NCBI GenBank assembly: GCA_951406725.2
Contig: OX597816.1
Location: 118,172,001-118,236,000, forward strand
Direction of reading: 5' to 3'
Source: Octopus vulgaris
Taxonomy: Eukaryota
DNA length: 64,000 nucleotides
Part shown: positions 52,883 through 64,000 of the stretch, in pieces
Layout: each line of letters starts with the position of its first letter
Numbering within the stretch: the stretch's first letter is position 1
The notes under the pieces: generated by a model
The model's database searches: none
Seen by the model: only the letters and a program-made list of their open reading frames with translations
What the model was told of the DNA's origin: nothing
Program-made: the position numbers and the translations under genes

Positions 52883-54923
52883 CTGAAAAAAGAAGAAACA
52901 AAAATATAGAAATCACCACTACATTAACAGATATTGTAGCTGCTTAGATGCAAATCATACCTTGTTCAGCAGAAGGTATTCCAGGTATGACCAAGCAATT
53001 TTCTATTAATAGACCATGTAGACATAACTACATTTTCAAAGGTTTTCTTCTTCTTTATGATGAGAGAGAGAGAGAGAGCGGTTAAAGAGTAATTTAGCTA
53101 TTCATTCTTGGACAGTTCCTTCCCTAGGAGTTAAAGTAGATGCCATTCCAGGATGACTTAATCAATATTAAACCTATTTTTAGTAGATCAAATAACCAAA
53201 CAGAGGTTCCCTCTGGATGGGTTTAGCATGTATTAACATGTACCTATTCTTTCATCTAGTACAGAATTGGAAATACCTGCAAAGAGAACTACCTCACCCT
53301 TCCGATTTTGTCTCATTTTTCTTTTTTTACAGACGATATCCTGTCACTCTCTATTAAGAAAAACAGTAGACTGTTTTTTGAGATTTTGGGATTTTTTTTC
53401 TAGTACAAATGTCTTTTTTTTTTTGTGTGTGTGAGTGTGTGTGTGTGTTTTGGGTGGGGTTATAGTACACAAGCTAAATAATGTTTACTGAATGCTTATT
53501 TCTTGTCAGCATTCACTGTTGCAAGCATTTGAATCAAACCCCCAGCTCCCTCTTGATACACATTTTTGTTAAAAACATTGATCATGGTGAGCATTAACTG
53601 CATCAATTATATCAGTTTTAGAGAACCTGTAAAATAGCTTGGACATTTCTCTTCTTACATCTTAAACCTGCTTACATCTCCTTAAACTTACTAAGATCTA
53701 AGATCTTCCAAATCATTCTAATCACATTCTTCATTAACTCTTGACCACCTCCCCGGGCAAATGGCACATAAAAAGCACCCATTACACTCTCAGAGTGGTT
53801 GGCATTAGGAAGGGCATCCAGCTGTAGAAACTTCACCAGATTGGATTGGAGCCTGGTGCAGTCTTCTGGCTTGCCAGCCCTCAGTCAAACCGTCCAACTC
53901 ATGCCAGCATGGAAAACGAATGTTAAATGATAACAATAATGATTCCATGCCATTTATCATACTATGAAACATTAAAAATTTTTGGATATAAAAATGTCAT
54001 TGAAGCAACAGAATAGTAAAATCTTTAAATATTACTGCAGATTAAATGGTTTTCTACTTTTGTAACCATAAAGGCATTTCAACGATCAGCCCCTAAATAT
54101 AGGTTGGAGATTAGTAAAGTATTTATAAAGTTTTATCAAAATCTACTGTATAGTGATATTGCACAGCACAGTAGCACAACTAAGTCCACTTTGCCCATAA
54201 CCAGGAACACCTCAGATATCCTTGAAGGAAGAAGAAAATGAGAATAGGTGACAAAGAAAGACAGGGAGTAGGCTGATATTCCTGCTCTTGCAGCAGTAAA
54301 AAACTGTTGAAGTTGGATTGATAAATGGAAGAATGAAATCTTAAATGCTTATTTTTACTTTTTTCGCTACATTTAAACAAGTTTAGAGGTTGTTTGACAA
54401 TTAAGAATAAGGTAAAAAATACATAGTATATAAGTCTACAGCACTGTGATAATACTTGTCTTAAGTCACTAGTCTCAGTCTAGTAAGCTGTAAAATGCTA
54501 TTATAAGTACTGATCTTTACTGTAAAGTGTTTCATTAGGAGTTCAAAGACTTCCAGTGGACAAAGAGAAAGCAATAGGATGTCACTCCTCAACAAAGCAT
54601 CACATTAAAATCTTTCCGACCATCTCAGTTATATACAGCTTGTAATTCTGATCAAGCAACATGTGAGATTTATAGTATCCAATAATATATTCCAGATTAA
54701 ACTCACAAACATCTAACATTGAACAACAAGGAATTCTACAATACTGACAATGTTTTTGGTGCAGATCTAGAATTTGCCAAATGATCAATATCTTTTTTCT
54801 TTTTTCTCCTTTATCTTTTTTTGTTATATAATCCTCTTTAGGATTAACAATGGCTGTATGACTAACACAGTTTGTTTGGAAACAAGGAGAAAGAATGCCA
54901 ATCAATAAAATTGTCATACTTAC

Positions 54924-54980
54924 CAGTACTGTAAGACGCGGACAGTTCATAGCTAAACTTGCTAATGTAGCATCTGTTAT
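54924..54980 (-). CDS. FBXL20: FBXL2/20 exon (ITDATLASLAMNCPRLTVL)
   Basis: Acceptor actcag, donor gtaagt, 57 nt, phase 0. Confidence 0.95.
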
Positions 54981-56085
54981 CTGAGTTTAAAAGATAAAGA
55001 AACGGAAAAAATAAAGATGCTTATTTTATATTCAAATGACATGTTTTAATCATGTCCATAAAAATGTTCTCCATTGAAAACAATAAATCTGACAATATTA
55101 AGTTTCTTATCAGGACAGCAAGTTGCCAGAAATGGTAATGTACTTATTGTAATTTTAATGCTTTGTAATAATATCAATAATAATAATAATAACAACAACA
55201 ACTAGCTCAAGGTCTCAAATAATAATAATAATAATAACAACAACAATAACTAGCACAAGGCATCAAATTATAATAAAAAGTTACATAAACACTTGAAGAA
55301 ATGCCTGATATTAAATACCAGCGATGATACAAATTAAGAACAAAATGACATAACTAAACTAAATATTGCATGTCTCTATGGTTTCAAGCCAATATAAATA
55401 ATTATTATAATTAGGTAGAAAAGTGTCACAATGAATGCTTTTACAGTATTTTGCTTCAACCTTTTATGCTGTAAGCTCAAATTTCTACGGAGCTGATTTC
55501 TGTCTTTCATCCCTCAATGACTGTGGTATTTATTCAATCAACATCTTCCTTAGAAAACTTGCTCAGATGTCTCATCAAAAACAAATTTATATTATATAGA
55601 TATATATGTATCTCTTTTTAATAGAGTTCTTGCACTCAAGCTACATGCTTATATATGTGTGTGCATGTGCACTCACACACACTCTTGTATAAGGATACAC
55701 ATATCTATACATCAAGTTCTGGATAAAATCTTAACACTATTACCTACCCATTAGTGGCTAATTTCACAAACTAATTATGTAACTTGGCTAACAATTTTCC
55801 CAATTTTTCCAGCTAACTAATGCAGTTGTTTAACCCAGGGTCAGTCATAACCTCTACTCCTTTTTTTAAACACTACATCACAAATATCTCCTTTGTTTTC
55901 TTTTTTATCTTAGCATTGTTTTATGATTGATTATCACATGGGTTTGGTGGTCAGCTGTTTTTGTTTAGCTCCAACTCAGTGTTGACTGAGTAGATCAGTG
56001 GTCAAAAGTATTCCAACCAATTCAGCCATCATCTTGACAGGCTTATTTTATCTATAAGTACATGATCTGATACACCCTGATTTCA

Positions 56086-56315
56086 TTAACCTTTTTGATA
56101 CCAATCTATTGGCAACTGACTCCTGAATCTATGATACAAATTCCCTGTTTTAAACTGATCTAAGTTAAAACTTTCCATCAAAGTTTTATAATTTATGATC
56201 CAAATACCAAATTAATTAATGGCAAAGTTACATTACTAAATTTCTCCTTATTTATAAAAACTAACTGAATCAAAGACAGTGTTTTCCAACCGAAATATGA
56301 TAATGAAAGGGTTAA
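56086..56315. mobile_element. piggyBac-type MITE
   Basis: TTAA-ccttttt..aaaggg-TTAA ends; another copy begins at 63964 (ttaacccttttggtaccaacc). Confidence 0.6.
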
Positions 56316-58125
56316 GTTATATAGTGATTCATGGGAGATTTAGCTGTTGTTTTTAGCAAGATGAGCAACAAAATAGAAACTCCTTCATTAATTTGTGGGT
56401 TGAATGGGTGGTTTCCAAGTTTCATAGCTTCAGGCATTTCACATGAGTCATTACAGCATGTGATTTGTGGCTTTAATGCCTTTTCCAGAATCAATCACCG
56501 ATAATGCCCATACAAATATTTTTCATCTCAGCAAAGAGAAACAAAGAATACAAAAGCAATGTACTGTTGCCAACAAGCATCACACATTTACTGATAAATT
56601 TGATTAAACCTACAGATATGCAATCAAACAACTCTGCCTTTATGAAAATTAAAATCAGCATCTCCGTAAACTGCTGAACAAGTATGGGCAGTGGCATCAA
56701 GAAAATGAGGTATCGAGAATATGATAATGGAAGAATAGAAGCAAAAACAGTTTACTACAAATTCATCCATTGCTTGCTACCTTTAAGTATGATTAATAAT
56801 GAATTATGGTTGATTAAAATTGACAATGAATGTTTACAAGGATAATGAATGGATATATCAATGATGAAAGGTTACACCAGAAAAAGGACTGGGGAAAGAT
56901 GATGACTGATGCAACAGGATGGATTAGAAATAATGGTGATGATTAATAATTGCTGGCAATTAATAAGTGATATAATGAGGATATTGGATAATGGTTAATG
57001 ACACCACTTGTTTGAATCTATATTCTGATTCAGAAAAATCTACTTTCATTACATACATTTCTATAAAGTATTGTGTAAACCAATGACAGCTTTTATTTAT
57101 TTAATTTTTAAGTTAGTCAGAGGATGAAAGGCAGTGGTTGGTAGGCCATGACCTGTAAAAGCGCTGTTCAAACGTGATGATATTAATTCAATATCTAGCC
57201 TGAACATCTTCAGTTCCAATATCTGCACAGAAAACTTTGCTATGACTACTTTCTACATAGCCACAGAGTGAACTTTGCTATGACTACTTTCTACATAGCC
57301 ACAGAGTGAACTTTGCTAAAGGTAGCCAATGACCAGGAGAGGGTTTTAACTAAAGATAGCATGTAAAGAGCCTACCAACTAGAGATATTTTATCAGATCT
57401 GATTAACCAACAAAATGCTTAGCAGAATAAGTCACTGTGAAAGAACACAATGACAATTTGCAAATTCTAACAAATCTGCATTATGCTAATGGACTAAATG
57501 TCTTACAACATTTAGCTTTGTCTATTTGCTTATTGAATTCAAATTGGATCAACTTTACTGATATGTATACATACTTAAAATGTGTATATGTTGAAAGCCT
57601 TACTAAACTACAGTATTCATCTTGAGAAAATATCTCTTATAGACATATAGAGTTAAAAACAGCAAAAATAGCAACAACTGGTAAAGGTTGCCCAGCCCTG
57701 TTGGTGAAATTGCTGGATTCAGGTTTCACCACCAAATATCCATGTTGGCTCATGTCAACATTGACCACTAGCTGATATAGTTAAACAGTGATTGAAAGGT
57801 CACTGATATTGCATTTAACTGCCAGGCTGAACAGAAATTCATTATTAGTGACAGAACTAGAATTACTTCAAACTTAGTGATCTGTATACATACTTAACGT
57901 GCACATATGCTGAAAGCCTTTTAAACTGCAATATCCATCTTGAGAAAGTATCTATTATAGATGTATAGTGTTAAAAACATTTCCTCCTACACTGATAAAA
58001 ATTAAACAGCAGTCATGCATTAGTGTCAACTTTACAAATGTGTGAAGTTGTGGTATTGTGAGAAATCATAACCCCCTACTTTGCTGTTGTGGTTTATCAT
58101 TAATTAATTTAATATACTAACATAC

Positions 58126-58170
58126 CAAAACACATTCTTCTAAATCCATTCGCTCCAGCATGTGACAACT
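58126..58170 (-). CDS. FBXL20: FBXL2/20 exon (SCHMLERMDLEECVL)
   Basis: Acceptor tctttttcag, donor gtatgt, 45 nt, phase 0. Confidence 0.95.
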
Positions 58171-58489
58171 CTGAAAAAGATAGAAAAAAAGGCAAGACAA
58201 TAAATAAAACCATAATCTTAATAAAATTTCTATACTTCATATTGAGTTACAGTTTTGTTTATTTGTTTTTCTTTTTATTTGTGAATAAATACACACATAT
58301 ATGTATTTACTTGCCTGAAGATCTTGTGTGCTTTCAGGTAAAGCTCAGAGTAGCAAGAGGCTGACTCAACCAAAATAAAATTTCATTAATCCCCACCATG
58401 TTACTGAATTTGCATTTTTCCAACAGTTAATACTAAACGGATATTCCCTCCTATTTGTGAGGAGGTGCATGCACTTACACACATGAATA

Positions 58490-58535
<46 letters not shown>

Positions 58536-58654
58536 CAGCCAAATGCTCTTCCTTGTTGCCAACCATCTCTTGTTTCCAAGTGAGGTAATATTTTCTTTCC
58601 TATCTGTTAGGATGTGTGTGTGTGTGTGTGTGTATACACACACACGGACACATA

Positions 58655-58860
58655 CAGGGTGAGTCAAAAGTAATGCCCAGTTTCTGGAAAGTTATGCCTT
58701 TGTTGTTTTGAAAGTTACTGAAGCTGGATCATGTTGTTAATACTCTTTGATATCCCAAAGCTGTTAAACAAGAGTTGGGAGTCAAAAGTGTCTCCCAATC
58801 GAGAAGTCATACATATCAACCCTAAAACAAGAATTGCGCAGGTACTTTTGATTCACCCTG
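58655..58860. mobile_element. Tc1/mariner-type MITE
   Basis: TA-cagggtgagtcaaaagta / tacttttgattcaccctg-TA. Confidence 0.85.
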
Positions 58861-58938
58861 TATATATACAGGTATAGTGATGCAAACAGGAAAAACAGAA
58901 CTCAAAATATGAGTATATGTATACACTTATTAGTACCT

Positions 58939-59044
58939 AGCAGCAGAGTGATTCAAGGCCCGAGAGTGTTGTGTGTTAGCATTTATCAAACTACTTTGAT
59001 AAGTGCTAACATGAAACTCTCGGACCTTGAGTCATTTTGTTGCT
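58939..59044. repeat. Near-perfect hairpin of about 106 nt
   Basis: Complementary arms around the loop ctac at 58991-58994. Confidence 0.9.
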
Positions 59045-59060
59045 TCTGCTAAATATAATA

Positions 59061-59119
<59 letters not shown>

Positions 59120-59513
59120 CGCTAGATGATACAGCTAGGATTGTCCCTCAGTTAATGGTACTCAGTTCACAGGTTTGCATTTTGGTTAAAATATGTTTTT
59201 TTCTATATACGTATCATTTCCACCACAAGGGTCACGCCTTGTTGCAGTGTTGAGGCCTGTATGCCTCAGCCTTGAAAGCCATGCTAACAGAGTGCAAGTT
59301 CCTGGTAGGTGAAAGGATAGAGGCCAAATTAATATAACCACCTCTATCCAGTGGTAACAATGGCTTTGCATAGTGCCAACAATCCTACCTAGGAAAAGGC
59401 AAAGTTACAAAAAGTATCAACAACAATTGAAAACCAACAGAGCCTGGGAGGAGAAAATATAGCCAAGAATTGAAAACAGTGGAGAAATGTTGTTGAAAAC
59501 CTATACTCTAAAG

Positions 59514-59765
59514 CAGTGTTTCTCAACCATTTGTTATCTATGGATCGTTTTGATTCCTATTACTTGATTGGACCCTCATAACCATTCAATATTTAAAAAA
59601 TTCTATTATATTTTTCTAATTAAATATTATTGGGAATTGTATAAGAAATTCTAAAAAAAATTTTGTGCATTGTAAAAATATAACCAGTTTATTGCATATA
59701 AATTTTAACAGCAAAATATTATATGGAACCCCAAGGGCCATATGAACTCTGGTTGAGAACCACTG
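59514..59765. mobile_element. hAT (Buster/Charlie-type) MITE, copy 1
   Basis: TIRs cagtgtttctcaacc / ggttgagaaccactg; TSD ctctaaag / ctttaaag. Confidence 0.9.
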
Positions 59766-59790
59766 CTTTAAAGAGTGCAAAGGTTTAAGT

Positions 59791-60034
59791 CAGTGGTTCT
59801 CAACCACTTTATTCCTATGGATCCCCTTTGAATCTTATTTAAATTTACTGAAGCCCTCTTCCCCTCAACATCTGACGTTTTAAAAAAGTCCCAGTATATT
59901 TTCATAATTAAATATTATTAGGAATTCGATTAAAAAATTGCTGAAATATTTTCTGTATTGTAGAAATATAACTAATTTATTGCACATAAATTTTAACAGC
60001 AAAATCTTATGTGGACCCCAGTTGAGAACCACCA
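59791..60034. mobile_element. hAT MITE, copy 2 of the same family
   Basis: TIRs cagtggttctcaac / gttgagaaccacca; perfect TSD gtttaagt. Confidence 0.9.
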
Positions 60035-61155
60035 GTTTAAGTAAATATGTAACCATATAGAAATATCATTTCGTCATTGCTGTTTCATTTCTCTTTTATT
60101 TCATCTTACTTCAATGGTAGGCCACATGCTAAAAGCAGTACCTATGTTAGGTTTATGTTTTGTTTCTTTTATATTTTGTTAAAAATATTTATGAGAATGA
60201 ATAAGAATTTCAAAAGTAAAACTGAAAATTAACAAAATAGTTGATTTCTCTAGAAATGAAAATTAAAATTTTAAATAAACTTTAAAATCAAAGAAGATGC
60301 CAAGAAATTACACTGCATACAGATAAATTTTCCCATATTTATTTATATATTTCTCCTAGCATTAACCATATTTTTGTCTCCTGTCTGGCTCTAAGGCCAT
60401 ATTCTATTTACTTCATTCAGTATTGCCTATTTGCTTGTTCACTTTCTGTTGTTTGGTACTTTGTTCATTGGTTCCCTATTTTCTGGTGGCTTCTTGCTGT
60501 TGGCGCCACCAGTGGGGAGCAATGTTATCATTGAAGGCGTGAAATTGCTGATAACTGATGGAGAATTGGTGGCCTTCTGTGTCTGTTTTCCATTTGTTTG
60601 TGCATTTATTATATGTTTTTTAACTTTGGGTGGAAATAACTGGGTCAAAAAATAGAGATGGTGCTGATATTTGTGTATGTATGGACACACACACACATGT
60701 ATATATATATATATGCATGTGTGTGTATCATCATCATCATCATCATCATGGAGAACGGACGTTAAACGATGATGATGAAACACACACATGCATATATATA
60801 TACATGTGTAAACACCTGAACTGTACTGCTACCACACTTTAGCCTTTCAATGTCTTTAAGCAAGAATGCTAACAAAAACTGCATTGGAAAATATTAGTGA
60901 TACATGGGGTCACGTAAGAACCAGTAATGAGAACTGTTTTGGAAAAAGTAATTCATTGATTAAATTGATTTACACTTAGCGATATCTAGAATGGTTGATA
61001 GCAATATCAAAAAAGAGCCCAATCTGTATGACAGAGAACTAAACAACACAGACCTTTCAAAGTTAGAGTATAAATGTGCATGTTATGAAAATGGTGGTAA
61101 GAATAAACAAATGAAGTTGAAGAGTATTGTAGTTTGCTTGAAGCATTGTGCATTG

Positions 61156-61525
61156 TTTGTAAAATTTAATGTGTCTTGAATGATACAACAATGCAGAGTG
61201 GACTTAATAACTGTTATAATTTAATTATCCATAGTCTGATATAATAATATTTCAGAATACAAAAATTCCTTCTTCAGATATTCCCAGGAATTGATCGAAT
61301 CACTGAGACCACTTCAGAGACACTTTCAGGATAAAAGAAAAAAAAACTTCAGTAACCATTGGAAAACCGATTATAGCAGTGACTCGATCAATTCCTAGCG
61401 ATATCTGAAGAAGGAATTTTTGTATTCTGAAATATTATTATTATATTAGACTATGGATAAATTATAACAGTTATTAAGTCCACTCTGCATAGTTGTGCTA
61501 TTCTAGACGCATTATATTTTACAAA
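61156..61525. repeat. Long inverted repeat (arms of about 150 bp, spacer of about 70 bp)
   Basis: 61156-61305 is the reverse complement of 61377-61525. Confidence 0.92.
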
Positions 61526-61980
61526 TGAAGTTGAAATGCAAATTAGAGAAATCTCAAAGACATCAGTATAACGTGTTAATAATTCAAACATTGTCACTAT
61601 CTTTCCAAATCTTACTGCATTTCACATGGAATTTTCAGTCTTCTATAGTTGCCTTGGTGTATAAGTTGACCTACTCTTTTTAGAGCTGTAAATTTTGATC
61701 TGAAAAGTTATAGTTATATGCTGGAAAATGTGGTATATTTAAAAAGTTTTTTTAAAAAAACCTTTTAAATTGGAAGGCAGAGGATAAGGAATGCAAACCT
61801 GAATGTAAAGGGAGTGTTTTAAATCAGAAGTCAAATGGAAAAAGCACTCATCAGCTATTCAGTCAATTACAAAAAAGAAGACAAAAAAACTGCATCAAAC
61901 TCCTCTACAAATAAAAAATAAAAAGATGTGTATGCAAGTGTATGTATGTGTATATATATACATATATATTTGCATATATG

Positions 61981-62018
<38 letters not shown>

Positions 62019-62214
62019 AATATGCTGATCAAATTGAAGTTATATATATATATATATATAGCTTTTCTTTTTCCATAAGGTATTTTGTAACATTTAAAAA
62101 AATATAGTAACTTTCATAGTCTAGATATCAATTGCTGGCTTTACATATTAAAAAACTGCAGTGTTCCTGCAGCACATAACAGCAATAATTGGAATATTTC
62201 AGTAAGTGTACACA

Positions 62215-62246
<32 letters not shown>

Positions 62247-62255
62247 ATATACATG

Positions 62256-62291
<36 letters not shown>

Positions 62292-62327
62292 AACACACAC
62301 ATTTATATATACAGAAACATACATTCA

Positions 62328-62366
<39 letters not shown>

Positions 62367-62449
62367 TATATACATGTACACACACATGTATTCATATATG
62401 ACACGACAAAAATAAATGAATACAATAGGAAAATAAAAATGCCAGTTAC

Positions 62450-62510
62450 CCTAGCTAAAGCTTGGAAACCACTGTCTGTGAACTGCGAGCAACTTGCTAC
62501 CTCTAAGGTC
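62450..62510 (-). CDS. FBXL20: FBXL2/20 exon ((R)TLEVASCSQFTDSGFQALAR); upstream exons lie beyond the window
   Basis: Acceptor ttcccttcag, donor AGG|gtaact, 61 nt; matches the LEVARCSQLTDxGFTxLAR repeat of FBXL2/20. Confidence 0.95.
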
Positions 62511-63469
62511 CTGAAGGGAAAGGTAGGAGGGAAGAAATTTAATACAATTCTCAACAACCATCATGATAAAAACTAAAATCATTTTTCACTGACGTTTTTA
62601 AAGAAAATAATGAAGACAAAAACACAAACTGGGTGAAATACACTGATTCAAAGATTAGGGTTTAATATAGAAGACATAAGCAGGATTTTGTTTTGGGCTT
62701 TATGTGATGGGTTCAAATCCCATCAAGATTAATTTTTGCCTTTCATCCTTTTCAGGGTGAAATAAAGTACCAGTGAAGTCAGGTTGATTTAAAAATACTA
62801 TGCCCACTTCACAGGTCAGCTGCAGAGCATGCTGACAGAGCAGGACACTCCTAGCTCAGCTGTAGACCTTAAAATGAACTGCATGCAAACAAAATATATG
62901 CACATCAAAAACATAGCACAAGGTCAAATAGAGGTGGGAAGAGGTAAAAAAAAAAATCAAAGAGGTAAAGGGGTACCTCTACCTCTGGTATGCAGTGAAT
63001 ATGTGCTGAAACATGGATGCTAAAATCTCATGGAGAATAAGGACTGAACTTGTCACAAGGTTCGCAGACAACAGGTACACCTGCTTGGTTGCTCACTGGT
63101 ACCCCAAAAAATAAGAAAAAGCCCACAACAATGGAAAGACAATTTAGTTAAATGATTTGGCATAGAAGGGAAAGAAAGGTACAATCAAAAAAGAATTGGA
63201 AGTACATTGTGACCAGTGGAGTATAACAACATCCTGTAGTCTGGTCAATATAGTGATACATCCTGACCATCATTGTTTAATGTCTGTTGCCCATGTTAGC
63301 ATGGGCTGGACGGTCTGACCAGAGCTGGCAAGCTGAGGAGCTGCACCAGATTCCAGTCTGATTTGGCAAGGTTTTTACAGCTGGATGCCCTTCCTAACGC
63401 TAACCACTTTACAGAATGTGCTGGGTGCTTTTACATGGTGCTACATGGGCACTTGTACATGATACAGTG

Positions 63470-63527
<58 letters not shown>

Positions 63528-64000
63528 TATAAAACAGTCAACTGATGAAATGCAGTTGTTGCAATTCATTTGCAAACATGATGTTTCAACTCTGTAGAGT
63601 TGAAAAGAGAAGGAAATACTTCAAGCTTTTCCCAGTGGAATTAAACAAAAATTATGAGAGTGGGGTGGAGGTCAAAGCAGATGTGAAATTCATCTTCAGC
63701 ATCTTTCAACTTAAAAAATAAATAAAAACAATATAAATACTAAGGCAGCAGAATTGTTAGCACACCTGGAAAAATGCTTAGTGGCATTTCATCCATCTTT
63801 ACATTCTGAGTTCAAATTCTGCCAAGGGCAACTTTGCCTTTCAGACTTCTGGGGTTGATGTAATCAACTTATCCCCTCCCGTGAAACTGCTGACCTTGTA
63901 CCAAAATTTGAAATCTATATTACATATAATATGAAATGGTAATTAAAGTAATAAGTAGCAGTTTTAACCCTTTTGGTACCAACCCACTTTAAAACTGCCC

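Noticed and set aside
59200-59420. Segment resembling an RTE 5' UTR, potentially with an HDV-like ribozyme
   Set aside because: The resemblance is only impressionistic, and I could not trace the nested double pseudoknot.
63535-63606. CTGATGA motif and small palindrome tttcaactctgtagagttgaaa
   Set aside because: No consistent hammerhead stems or GAAA spacing; too short to support a call.

Overview
AT-rich, microsatellite- and SINE-dense eukaryotic DNA. The SINE families and repeat texture suggest a cephalopod, probably Octopus (inference). The one confidently identified host gene is the 3' part of an FBXL2/FBXL20-type F-box/LRR gene on the minus strand. Five GT-AG exons (62510-62450, 58170-58126, 54980-54924, 52882-52670, 51281-51174) splice in frame and end in a CaaX motif (..RYCRCCVIL*). 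A second, unidentified gene may end on the plus strand (candidate exons 8936-9007, 12101-12184, 12899-13003). The rest is transposon debris: two Dong/R4-clade LINEs in (TAA)n/(TGA)n, L1/Tx1 and RTE fragments, a Penelope-like GIY-YIG remnant with inverted terminal repeats enclosing a hAT transposon, a mariner, several MITEs and many SINEs. The best leads are: (1) the FBXL stop codon sits in a UGA-CAG-UUA readthrough-type context, followed by an open 30-codon extension that would displace the prenylation motif; (2) hammerhead-ribozyme-like cores occur in three different repeats; (3) long fold-back structures lie inside FBXL introns; (4) a TE-poor, U-rich tract of about 12 kb may be a very long 3' UTR. 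No prokaryotic-type system (CRISPR, operon) is present, and most listed ORFs are microsatellite or antisense artefacts.
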